From Eledone cirrhosa (Eukaryota): 64,000 nt of DNA. The DNA is taken from assembly GCA_964016885.1 (NCBI GenBank), contig OZ024747.1, positions 36,084,001 to 36,148,000 on the forward strand, written 5' to 3'. The notes beneath the pieces are model-generated. The model had not been told where the DNA came from, did no database searches, and was given only the letters and a program-made list of their open reading frames with translations. The translations under genes were made by a program, and so were the position numbers. Below, one piece after another: positions 49,932 through 61,907 of the stretch (its first letter is position 1; each line of letters begins with the position of its first letter).

Positions 49932-50249
49932 GAAATTTTAGTAAGTAAGTTAATTTTTTTAATTTTCTTGTTTTACGTCTTTCATATAATTGTTCTGCAT
50001 CCCCTTACATTGAACCACAAAGTTACTAAGACAAAACCTATATATTTGCTAGCATAGGTATACATCTGTATATATATGTTGGTAGATATACTAATTCTTT
50101 ATATATATATACAATTGTTTTGCAAGATTATTGATATGAATCCTGTGTTGAAACACATATTTTTATATTTGGCGAGGGTCATATTGCTACAATATTGCCA
50201 GAAATAATTATAAGACGCACTAACCGTTTGGTTTTCCCTACTGGTAACG

Positions 50250-50590
50250 TTGCTAGTGTTATTTCTGTTATGTTAGTTACATGTATTGTTGTTATATCGA
50301 TTGTTGTTGTCGTTCTCTCTATTGTTATCATTGTTATTACTGCTATTTCTATTACTGTGGTTGTTACGTGTATTGTTGTTATGTTTATTGCTGCTATTAT
50401 TATAGTTATTGTTGTTGTTGTCGTTCTGTCTATTGTTATCGTTGTTGATCCTTGTTAATTCTATTATTATTATTTCTATCGCTCCTGCTGTTTTTATTAT
50501 TATGTGTATTATTATTGTAGCTGTTATAACTATAGTCAAAGTTATTGTTTATTTTACCACTTTTGTTGTTATTATTATAATTATTGTTCT
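50250..50590. repeat. Degenerate (TTA/TTG)n low-complexity tract
   Basis: Direct reading. Confidence 0.85.
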
Positions 50591-50591
50591 A

Positions 50592-50803
50592 GGCAGTGAA
50601 TTGGCACTTGGCGGTGAATTGGCAGTATCGGTAAAGAGTCGGACGCCATGCTTTCCAGCATGGTTACGTCCCTTTACGATTTAAGTTCAAACCCTGTCGA
50701 GGTCAAATTTGCCTTTCATCCTTACGGGGTCGATAAAATAAAGTAACAGTAATTTACTGTTTATTTGGTGGCTTTGTGCCAAATGTAGAAAAAATTATTA
50801 TTA

Positions 50804-50841
<38 letters not shown>

Positions 50842-51040
50842 GTTCTTATGGCGGTGAATTGGCAGTATCGGTAGAGGGTTGGACGCCATGCTTTCTAGCA
50901 TAGTTACGTCCCTTTACGGTCTGAGTTCAAATCCCGCCAAGGTTAACTTTGCCTTTCATCCTTACGGGGTCGATAAAATAAAGTACCAGTAATGTACTGG
51001 ATAATTGCTGGCCTTGTGCCTAAAGTAGAAACAATTATTA
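50592..51040 (+). mobile_element. Two tandem SINE copies separated by (TTA)n
   Basis: SINE consensus matches at ~50592-50800 and ~50848-51040. Confidence 0.88.
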
Positions 51041-52218
51041 TTGTTCTTGTTCGTACTGCTTTTATTTAACGCATGCTTTGACGAGTGCGTAGTTCAATCG
51101 AAAACAATTTATGCCACATTATGTTTGCTTGTCCAACGCCAGCGAAATATATCATACTAGAAATATGAACATATGGTCGTACCAATACCTCCTAAATAAT
51201 ATTTCGTCCAATTCATGCCGCATGGAAAGAGGCCATCTGCACGGTAATTGTGATCATCGTGACACTGATAATCAATAATACAATTTAAGCAACATTTTCA
51301 CTTCCCAATCACTTTCAGTCCAAACACATAATTCGACTGAAATATACAGATTTCTTTATCACTGAATTCACTTAAAATATTATCCAGATATTGCTTAAAT
51401 TACATCTCCACATGACGAATGTAAATTTTCTACTATGAAATAATCCACGCAAGCAATTTTAGTAATACATAAGGAGGAACACCTCATTTATCGAAATTGC
51501 AGTATTATCCACTTATTAAAATATTTATTTATTTTTATTTGGAATCTTTGACATTCCCATTGATGATATTAGATATAAGTCATTTTGAAAGCATAATTCA
51601 TATATTCCTCCACATTAATATAATTTTAAATGTATATATATAATATCGTAATTTTCTTTTACCGAATTTAGGTGTAGTCCTTAGTGAAGTAAATAAAACT
51701 CTTTGTACTGGGTATGCATCGGTTTGTTTAAAGTGTAAGTTTTTTATGATGATAAATATAGATTTATGTTCATATGTTCTGACTAAAAGAATCCTGATAC
51801 ACTTAAGCAGTTATTGATCCTACACTCAGAGCCATATTTTATTAGGTGGTCTTATTTTATGAAAAGGAGTCGGAATCACGTATCACTACTATTGCACGTA
51901 TAATTCCCATATCTATACTATTCATTCACAAACACAATTGTTCCTAAGCCGCACCCGGATAAACAATGGCGTTTTTGAAACATTACAATACATTTTAAAG
52001 GTTATTAATTCATTTTTGTTACATAATTTAACCAGCACACGAGAGGTTTCAGAATATACTAACAGAATGAACCGGCGTAGCTCGGGATTTACTCAAGGGT
52101 TCTTACATATTTGATATATATTTATCCGTATCGAGCCTCGTGAAATAAATACATTTGTTTATATTTTGTTATTGTGTATGCAAACATATCTGTACAGGAA
52201 TATATATATATATAAATA

Positions 52219-52295
52219 ACAGATTTAAGTTTAAGCAAAGAATCGCTGCTTTCACCCTTAACGGGCTTTTCTGAAACTAAAAAAAATCAATCTGT
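52219..52295 (-). ncRNA. Degenerate family F hammerhead
   Basis: Minus strand: acagatt..agttt-CAGAAAA-gcccgttaagggt-GAAA-gcagcgattctttgc-TT-aaact..aatctgt. Confidence 0.45.
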
Positions 52296-53857
52296 GAACG
52301 CAGAAGTAAATATTTCGAAAAACTTTACACATGATATATATATATATCCACACACACACTATATATATACATATATACATACACACACAGAGAGCGACGT
52401 CATAATGTCGTAATGCAGACAGCCAGACATACAGACAGACATTCTCTGTTTTAGATATTTAGACAAAGATGCTGACGATGTTGTCGATGACGGACGATGA
52501 TGATGGTGAGGAGAAGGAGGTGGAAGAGAATAAGAAGGAAGATGAGAAGGATGATAATGATGCATGAATCTCGGGTTTAGAAATAATGTCCATTAGAGTA
52601 TAAAGACGGAAATAATCCGAGAAATACTAACAGGTCATCCGCGATTAAATCACCATGATAAAAAGATTGCTAATCTGGCCATTGTAAAAACAAACGTATT
52701 ATTGTCAAAAGTAGAAACGACCTAATATATGCCGTTTTAACTACACAGATATGAATATTGAAACTCAAATAAACATATAGAATATAAGAGAAAGTACATT
52801 TCTATAATTCTGTGTAATAATTAACAGAAAATTACACTAAGTAAAACTGAAGTATATGCTAATATTATATACAGTAGAACAAGATGAATTACACCAAGAC
52901 AAAGAACACCGAGACAAAAGAGACCTACTCTTCTGCATAATGCAATCGTCGGTATGAAGAAACATGCCAACGGCACCGTCAGAAAAAACAATAATTTGAC
53001 TCCCAAACAAAATATGTATAGAAATGGCGAAAACAAACTAGAAAGAAATACAACATCTAAAGGAAAGAAACAACTGTAAAAACAAAAATAGATTCAGATG
53101 GCGTACAGTTTACTGTATTGGATATGTCAATACACATGCTGCGCATATTGAATAATATTAATATGGTTTGAGAATACCATGAACTACATGTATGATTGGT
53201 ATATATGATACTTTTTTATAAGGTTTTCAATTGCCTTTTTTATTCTTTCATTGGTATTCATGCTGTTTCTCTTGTGATTATAATTAATTCTGTTTTCACG
53301 TGAAACAACTTATTACTGCGAGAGCAGGAATGTGTTGTCTATACACGTTTTGTTTTCTCCACATTTGATATTCAGCAAATATTTGTCAATTTTTGATTTC
53401 AAAGTATAGTTTATTTCAGTCGTCATAATATATCTTTGTATTTCATCATTAGGAAACGCGAAATTTATCATTTCATATTTCTTTTCGCTTAACTTTCATT
53501 ACGTACTATGAATGCAACGCATATTAGTGGTATTTGTGTAAGTAGTACATGAGATGTGATTGTATTTTTATTTGAATTATCTTCTAAATTTCGATGGAAT
53601 CACTTAATATGGTAATATTTCTTTTCCTATTACCCTCTGTCTGGTTATATATATATTGGTATGTGTTTATAATCATTACCTAATCATCTGTTGGAATTGA
53701 TAGGGTTATGTTATATAGATGTGTGTGTTTGTAATTTGAGTAAAATTTAGGCTGAAATGGACAACATCATTTTGCAACTCTCTTATTCACCAACAGTCTA
53801 TTCATTTCTCTCTCTCTCTTTCTCTCTCTCTCTCTGTCGCACTCTCACTCTCTCTCT

Positions 53858-53910
<53 letters not shown>

Positions 53911-53913
<3 letters not shown>

Positions 53914-54158
53914 CAAGATGGCGTAGGAGGACAGAGCAAGGGGAGGCACAACACAAAGAGAAGAATCCCCAGTCACTGAAGAGGTTACAGAATGTGTGAC
54001 GAAAGAACTTTGACAATATATGCACAACCGCCCGGTTGAAGAACCAACCAACCGGAAATTCATAAATTCTTAAATTTATAAATTTAACTTATAAGAAATT
54101 GGAGTGAAAGCTACTGGTGCGTGTGCTTCTTATTGGCAACATGACCCTCCGAAAGTAT

Positions 54159-54165
<7 letters not shown>
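53911..54165 (+). mobile_element. Solo pLTR related to family C, between (TA)n tracts
   Basis: aagatggcgtag..HHR..catgaccctccgaaagtataacaa end is shared with ~45210-45237. Confidence 0.65.
53972..54014 (+). ncRNA. Minimal hammerhead, family C-related
   Basis: gtca-CTGAAGA-g-gttac-agaatgt-gtgac-GAAA-gaac-TT-tgac. Confidence 0.65.
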
Positions 54166-54228
<63 letters not shown>

Positions 54229-54239
54229 TATATATATGT

Positions 54240-56340
54240 ATTGAGATACCTGACAGAATAAAAAAAAAATTATCACCGAGGGTTTAAAATATATTTTACA
54301 GAACAACATTTTTGATTTCGATGGCAGTTCTTACAAGCAAATATCGGGGACTGCCATGGACATGGACACAAAAGTCGCTCCCACTCATGCCAACTTAATC
54401 ATGGCATACTTGGAAGTCCATTTATATGAACTGTCTAAATCAAAATACGGATTGAACTTCCACAAATATTTATCAGAGAATTGGGAACGCTACTTGGATG
54501 ATTGTCTCAATCTTTGGTCTCACACACTCGACCAACTAAATGATTTCAAAAATAACGACATCAATAACCACATCCAATTCAAAATGGAATACAGCCAAGA
54601 TCAACTCCCATTTCTGGACATCTTAATCATAAAACAGGCATAAATATTGAAACTGACATACACTACAAACCAACATACTCCAAACAATAACTGCTATTCA
54701 CCTCCAACCATTCAAAGCACACGAAGACGAACATCCCTTTTAACCTAGCAAGAAGAATTTGCACAATGCTCTCCAATTATGAAATGCGAAATAAAATACT
54801 TCAAGAATTAAAGGAAATTCTACTCGAAAGACAGTACCCACCATTACTAATAAATAATGGATTAGAAAGCGCTAGAGAAATAGGGACTTATGAATTACGA
54901 AAACAAAAACAAATTCAAGGTACGTCCAATATTCTATCATATATCTCAACACACAAGCCAAGAAATACGGAAGCTCACAACACTATTCACAAGAACATCC
55001 CACTATTGAATCAAGACCCAAGAATGAAAAAAAGCCCTTGAAACACACAAAATAATCAAAAGCAAAAGACAACCGAAATCACTAAAAACATTACTCACTA
55101 ATGCCAAATTACCTACCACTAACCCACAACCAACTGTCAACAATTGGTCGCTCTAATTGTGGAACCTGCACTCACCTCATTGAAGGCAACACGTATACAT
55201 TTCGATCAGGACACAATTTTGCTGTAAAAAGTCACTTTACTTGCTCATCAAAAAATCTATTTTATGCCATTAAATGAAAAGGATGCATTGAAGATTATAT
55301 AGGACAAACTAAACTCACACTCAGAAACAGAATGACAGTTCATCGCCAACAATTACGAGACCCTACCAAAAGAAAGCTACCACTCAGTGCACATCTAGAC
55401 ATATGCGCAAATAATAAGTCACCCAAATTCTAAGTCTTCCCATTTTATCTTTGCGCTGACAAAGAACAAATACGAATAAATAAGGAAAATATGTTTATTC
55501 AAAAATATAGACCAGCATTAAATAGAGTTTAAATACACCATAACATACTAACTATCCAAACAGACACATACATACACAGACACATAACACCTTCTATTTT
55601 ATAAAATAAAAACCAGAACTAAATTAACCTCAACATACGTTAATACTCTAACACATTAACATGCTACCCCTCCCCCCCCATACACATAACTCTCTCCCCC
55701 ATTTCTACTAACGGAATCAGTTTCCTACACACACACCAAAAAATATATATTCTCTCCATCTTAATATGCTAACCGTACTCCCACATACACACACACACAC
55801 ACAGAAATAACACCCATACACACACGCACAGAACTCGCTCCTCCATTTCTACTAATAGAATCATCTTCCTATACACACACACAAAAACACACACACACAA
55901 GCACACAAATAAACATACACATCTCTACTTTCTTTATTTGAATAGAAAGTCTGAATGTTGACACCCCGGCACACCAGCTATATTCACTGAACCAGAACAA
56001 TTCTGCCCATCCTGTTTTTCGTGACCATTATCTTTTGTTTTACACAAACGTCTCTAAAAGACTACAAAATACATGACCAAATACGGGCCGAAATTTAATG
56101 TACTTGTTCACGTGACAGTATTAATTTCATTTATAAGCAATAAAATTAAATTTTAGCACAGCAGTCGTGCTCAGAACAACTCTCTCCATCCCTATTTCTT
56201 GACCATTATCTTTTGTTTCGCACAAATTTATTCTCTAAATGGCTACAAAAGCATTCCAAAATAGGGGCGCGAAATTTAATGTAATTGTTCACGGGACAGT
56301 TGTAATTTAATTTATAACCAATCAAAATGACATTTATAAA
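54240..56340 (+). mobile_element. Decayed Penelope-like element (Neptune-like: RT, Cys linker, GIY-YIG)
   Basis: ILQNNIFDF..YKQISGTAM..APTHANL.M..WERYLDD..LPFLDILI..YKPT; GRSNCGTC; NLFYAI..C..DYIGQT..LRNRMTVHR; duplicated 3' end ~56005-56155 / ~56185-56340. Confidence 0.85.
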
Positions 56341-57108
56341 AAAAAAACCTTTGTGAGCCGCCTTTTTTTAAAGTAAAAAGAAATTGAATCACATACTGGC
56401 GCGAAAGCTGATGTGCTTATTCATGTGGCTGCATCAACCAACCAAACTTCACTCATATATGAAAAAAAAAAACCTGAGCCCCCCCCCCCCCCGTGTTTGA
56501 AGGCAAATATAATAAGAGATTTGTAACGGAAACTGACGCGAAATCTATTATACTTATTCACCAATCAACCAAGTTACTTCCCTAAAAACCTAGCATTTCG
56601 GGGTATTATTTTCCATATAAAACAGAAGTAACATTCAAAGACCAACCGGATGTGAGAAAAACCACAAACCCTCCATCCCAATACTACTTTTGAAAAGCAG
56701 AAGAACTGCGAAATCGGTAAAGGAAACAAATAAATATATATTTAAAAAAAGAAGACTCCAGTTGCATTTTCGATTTTATCTTTTTCCTTATACTTTCACT
56801 CGTGTAGGACACCTAGTTTTTCTTCCATTTTGTAAAAAACCTCACTTTCCAATATATATATATATATATACAATATATAGAAACACACAGATACATGCGG
56901 ACACATATATATACATGAATATATCCACATATATCTTTGAATTAAGGTGCCAACCTCAACCGATGTTGCTCTATGAATAACTGGGACAAAATAATCCGAA
57001 TGGATTAGATTGATTCAGTATCAGAGCTATATAATACATTATGAAGAGAGAAGAAACATTATATATAATTAATAATAAGATATATCATACCCAAAGTCCT
57101 TCTTTACT

Positions 57109-57199
57109 CCTCGACTACGTAGTTTCGTGGCATATTATGCAAAAACACTACATCACAGAGATATAGAATTTTTGTGAGGTCTGCCGACTTATCAAGAGG
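57109..57199 (-). ncRNA. Type I hammerhead, family M (U3-A8 core)
   Basis: Minus strand: cctc-TTGATAA-gtcggca...tgccac-GAAA-ctacgtag-TC-gagg. Confidence 0.75.
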
Positions 57200-57502
57200 A
57201 TACCTAATTAAGAGTTTCAAAACACGTCCACAGGACGCGAAATAGAATCCTGAAAGGCGGAGGGGGAGTCAATCACGTGATACAGCGGTCAAGAAACAGA
57301 GCTAAGCCTCTTATAACCATGAAAAACATAAAACGGAGGCTTTGATATAAGTACCCCCTCAGCCTCCGTGGTATTTTGTTCAGGGTTATAAGAGGCTTAG
57401 CTCTGTTTCTTGACCGCTGTATCACGTAATTGACTCCCCCTCCGCCTTTTGGGATTCTATTTCGCGTCCTACGGACGTGTTTTGGAACTCTTAATGAGGT
57501 GT

Positions 57503-57593
57503 CCTCTTCATAAGTCGGCAGACCTCAACAAAATTCTATATCTCTGTGATGTAGTGTTTTTGTATAATATGCCACGAAACTACGTAGTCGAGG
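57503..57593 (+). ncRNA. Type I hammerhead, family M (G5C-mutated copy)
   Basis: cctc-TTCATAA-gtcggca...tgccac-GAAA-ctacgtag-TC-gagg. Confidence 0.6.
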
Positions 57594-58093
57594 AGTAAAG
57601 AAGGAGTTTGCGTATGATATATCTTATTATTAATTATATCTAATGCTTCTTATCTCTTCATAATGTATTATATAGCTCTGATACTGAATCAATCTAATCC
57701 ATTCAGATTATTTTGTCCCAGTTATTCATAGAGCAACATCGGTTGAGTTTGGCACCACTAATTCAAAGATATATGTGAATATATTCATGTATATGTATGT
57801 GTCCGCATGTATCTGTGTGTTTCTATATATTTTGTATAACTCCCTTTCGTCGAGTAACCTTTGAAGTGTAGTGACTGCTGGAAAGCTATCATTACTCATA
57901 CTTCTCACCACCTTCGCCACCTCTTCTACGGCTTTGATACAAGTACCCCATCCGCCTCCGTCGTATTTTTTCATGGTTATAACAGGCTTAGCTCTGTTTC
58001 TTGGCCGCTGTATCACGTGATTGACTCACACTCCGCCTTTCAAGATTCTATCTCGCGTCCTACGGACGTATTTTGAGACTGTTAATGAGGTAT

Positions 58094-58184
58094 CATCTTG
58101 ATAAGTCGGCAGACCTCACAAACATTCTATATCTCTGTCATGTAGTGTTTTTGCATAATATGCCACGAAACTATGTAGTCGAGG
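58094..58184 (+). ncRNA. Type I hammerhead, family M (U3-A8 core)
   Basis: catc-TTGATAA-gtcggca...tgccac-GAAA-ctatgtag-TC-gagg. Confidence 0.7.
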
Positions 58185-58259
58185 AGTAAAGAAGGAGTTT
58201 GGGTATGATATATCTTATTAGTAATTATATCTAATGTTTCTTCTCTCTTCATAATGTAT

Positions 58260-58384
58260 TATATATATATATAATATATATATAATATATATATAATATA
58301 TATATAATATATATATATAATATATATATAATATATATATATAATATATATATAATATATATATATAATATATATATATAATAT

Positions 58385-58416
<32 letters not shown>

Positions 58417-58581
58417 ATATATATATATATAATATAATATATATATATAATATATATATAATATATATAATATATATATAATATATATATATAATATATA
58501 TATAATATATATATATATAATATATATATATATAATATATATATATATAATATATATATACATATAATATATATATATATA

Positions 58582-58622
<41 letters not shown>
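58260..58622. repeat. (TA)n/(TAA) compound microsatellite
   Basis: Direct reading. Confidence 0.95.
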
Positions 58623-58624
<2 letters not shown>

Positions 58625-61600
58625 TCTTCTATAGTCAAAAGCTAGCTAAACTGAAGAGGTACCAGCCTGCCCGCCCAGCCAGTGGGATGCCGTCATCTTA
58701 TGAAGAAAAGGGCCTCAGTACCCTGCGCGTCAATCGGGCCACCCCATGACGGCGGAGTGCAACCCGAGCGACGAGAGGCTGCTAAGAATCGCAGGTTCCC
58801 GAAGTCCGCCAAGGAACAGGACAAACCTTGCCATATGCACCTACAACTGCAGGTCTTTGGAAGGGGGCAATGGCTGAACCACCTAATGGAGGAGAAGAAG
58901 AAGATCAGATGCGACCTGTTAGGGCTGTGCGAGACCCGCCAGAAGAAGGAGGCGAGTTCACGATGGCAAGATGGATGCGCCTTGAGACTCGGGAAAGAAG
59001 AGGGTGCCAGATCGGTCGGAGGTATACAGTTCATCGTAAGCAAGGAATGGACTTGGAAGGTCGCTTCTTGCCAGTTCATATCGTCACGGATTGGTGTACT
59101 GAACGTGAACTATCTCAGGGAAAGCCACCCTCAAGATCGTCCAGTCCTACGCTCCCACAAGTACCAGCGACGACGATGAGGTGGTAGAATGCTATCGCCA
59201 GCTAGTCAAAGGGCAAGTTGTGAAGTCCACGTACACTGTCGTGATGGGAGACTTCAACGCAAAGGTCGGACAGGGACAACAAGGGGAAGAGTGTGTCAGA
59301 AGATTCGGCCTAGGAGAGCGAAATAAGAGAGCAGAGCGTCTGGGCACCATGACGGAGGAGGGACGGCTCTACATCGGAAACAGCCTATTCAGGAAGAAGA
59401 AGGAGAAGCGATGGACCTGGGTATCGCCAAATTCTGAGCAACGAAACGAGATTGACTACATATTGGTAGACAATCGACGCATACTACAGGGCGTCTCCGT
59501 CATAACGCCATGCAACACTGGAAGTGATCATCGTCTGGTGAGGGCGAGGGTCGTCATCGACCGGAAGAGGGAGAAGAAGGCGCTGCATTTCGTGTCGAAA
59601 GAAGAACGCGCCGGGTCTTCAATGAGGCGCAGCTGCAGGAAGCCATTATGCAGGAAAAGTGGTGTCAAGGAGACGGCATATACGCTGAATACGACTCACT
59701 GATAGGGAAACTGAAGGAGTGCTTGAGGAAGGCTAAGGGTGTGTGCCGGAGGGATCGGAAGGGAAGAGTCTCGGGGGAAACTATGAAGTTGCTTAAGAAG
59801 AGGAAGAATATGAAGAGGACACCTGAAGATCACTTCGAATATTCCCTTCTCAGCAGAGTGATAAGTCAACAACTGAAGAGAGACTTCGAGGCATACCGGA
59901 TGGCGAAGCTCCTGAAGGCCGCATAGGAAAAGAAGAGCCTCAATAAATGCGAGAGGGATATGAAAATGTACAGATCGGAGGTGACGACCCTAAAAAACAC
60001 AGCTGGAATACCGGTCAGCGACAAGAGTGAGGTGGAAAATGTTTGCGAAGACTTCTACACCAAGCTCTTCAAGTCTGCCGGGAAAGTGCAGCTGTTGTCG
60101 TCACTCCAACAGGAAGAAAATGTGCCACCCTTCCTTGTCGGTGAGGTTGAAAGAGCCGTCGGCTTGATGAAAAGCGGAAGGGCACCAGGGAAAGACGGCA
60201 TAACATCGGAGGTGTTGAAGTCGGGCGGAGTGTAGCTCTGGAAAATCCTCGCCGAGCGATTCATACACTATCTGGACAAGGGAAGAATACCCTCACAGTA
60301 GAAAGAGTCGAATACGATCCTGCTATACAAGGCGGGCGATAGAGAAGATCTGAAGAACTACCGACCCATATGCCTGCTGTCTCACGTGTACGAGCTGTTC
60401 ACGAAGATAATCCTGAACAGGTTATCACGTCATCTAGATGAACAGCAACCGAGAGAGCAAGCCGGCTTCCGGAAAAACTACAGCACGATGGACCACATAT
60501 TTACTCTGACAAACTGCTTGAGCGAGCAAAAGAGTACAAGATGCTTCTTTGCGCCGCGTTCGTAGACTACGAGAAGGCCTTCGACAGCGTCGAAATCAAA
60601 TTAGGGCTGAACTCGCTGCAGAGTCAAGGAGTCAAGGCGCAATACGTTCTACTGCTCGGGAAGGCGAGTACTGGATGCACCACCGACATAGCTCTGCAGT
60701 TATCACCCATACCAGTGCTGGTCGAGAAGGGAGTGAAGCAAGGAGATGCGATCTCCCCAAAACTTTTCACAGTGTGTTTCGAGCAGATCAACAGAGGCAT
60801 TGATTGGCAAGGCGGTGTCAACATCAACGGCGAGTTACTTACCTCCCTCCGTTTCGCTGATGACATCGTACTCATCGCTGAAACCACGGATCATCTTCAG
60901 ACCATGCTGATGGAGTTCGACATCAAAAGCTCTGCAGTAGGCCTCAAGATGAACCGCATGAAAACGAAGTTCATGCAGTCCAACAACGTACCCACAAGTC
61001 GAGTAGTGGTTGGCGGTGATGAAATAGTGGAGGTGGAGGAATACGTCTACCTGGGACAAGGAAGTGAACATGCGCCGAGACATTGAGAGGGAGATCTCGC
61101 GGAGAGTAAGAGCCGGATGGAAGGCGTTCAATGGCATAAGGGATGTGCTCAAGGGGAAGTTGGACAAGACCACCCGCGCCAACTTCTTCAATAGCACAGT
61201 TTTACCTGCAATGTTTAATGGCAGTGAAACTTGGGCTACAATGTAGAGAGAAGAGCAGAGGCAGGTAACGGCTCAAAGAGCCATGGAGAGATCAATGCTA
61301 GGAATCTCTTTGACAGAGCACATCAGGAGCGAATTCATCAGACATAAGTCTGGCGTGAGGGACGTCAACAAGAAATATATGCGAAGCAAGTTCAGATTGG
61401 CTGGACACGTCGCCCGGTTCACCGATAATCTGAGGACCCGCGCAGTTGCCGAGTGGTACCCGCGCGAGCGGAAACGACTACTCGGAAGGCCTCCACGAGG
61501 GTGGAGTTACGATTTTAAGAATACGATTGGGAATACATGGATGAGTAAAGCACGACCCAGAGAGGAATGGACGGCGCGCTGTGACCAGCGGCGCTGAATG

Positions 61601-61640
61601 GACGCCTCACACACTGGTCGGTCAAGGTGATCAAGGTGAT
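58623..61640 (+). mobile_element. Near full-length RTE-clade LINE (stops and frameshifts)
   Basis: APE (DLLGLCETR..GG(I/V).F..MGDFNAKVG..WTWVSPN..NEIDYIL..GSDHRLVR); RT (RAPGKDGI..NYRPICLLS..EQAGFR..FVDYEKAFDSV..KGVKQGD.ISPKLF..LRFADDIVL..YVYLGQ); (caaggtgat)2 tail; inserted in (TA)n. Confidence 0.92.
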
Positions 61641-61854
61641 ATACATATATTATTCAAAATGTTAACAAATGAAAAATATTCGCATAATCAAAATATATAC
61701 TTTATTATATATATTTCAAAGGTACTGAGTTGTTTCAATACTTTATCCTCAGACAAAATATATGGCTTCTAATCTATTGTAAAATTGTATTCGTTGAGTA
61801 ATCAACGAACCATACTAATTTGTGGTTATATATACATATATATTTATATAATAT

Positions 61855-61907
61855 CATCAGTAATGCACTGGGTAATTGCTGGCCTTTTGCCTAAAGTAGA
61901 AACAATC
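61855..61907 (+). mobile_element. SINE 3' fragment
   Basis: cagtaatgcactgggtaattgctggccttttgcctaaagtagaaacaat. Confidence 0.7.

Larger units (their letters stand above)
49230..50102. mobile_element. Inverted + partial tandem element (family L)
   Basis: 49230-49389 is inverted relative to 49827-49986; 49453-49585 is a direct repeat of ~49970-50102; flanked by (TA)n. Confidence 0.85.
56868..58262. mobile_element. Non-coding inverted + tandem element (family M), ~590-bp unit, three HHRs
   Basis: 56868-~57340 is inverted relative to ~57360-57832; ~57340-57672 is directly repeated at ~57930-58262; (TA)n on both sides. Confidence 0.9.

Noticed and set aside
56045-56290. Duplicated ctaaa..cgaaatttaatgta motif in the Neptune-like 3' end as an HHR
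   Set aside because: The core deviates at several invariant positions in both copies.
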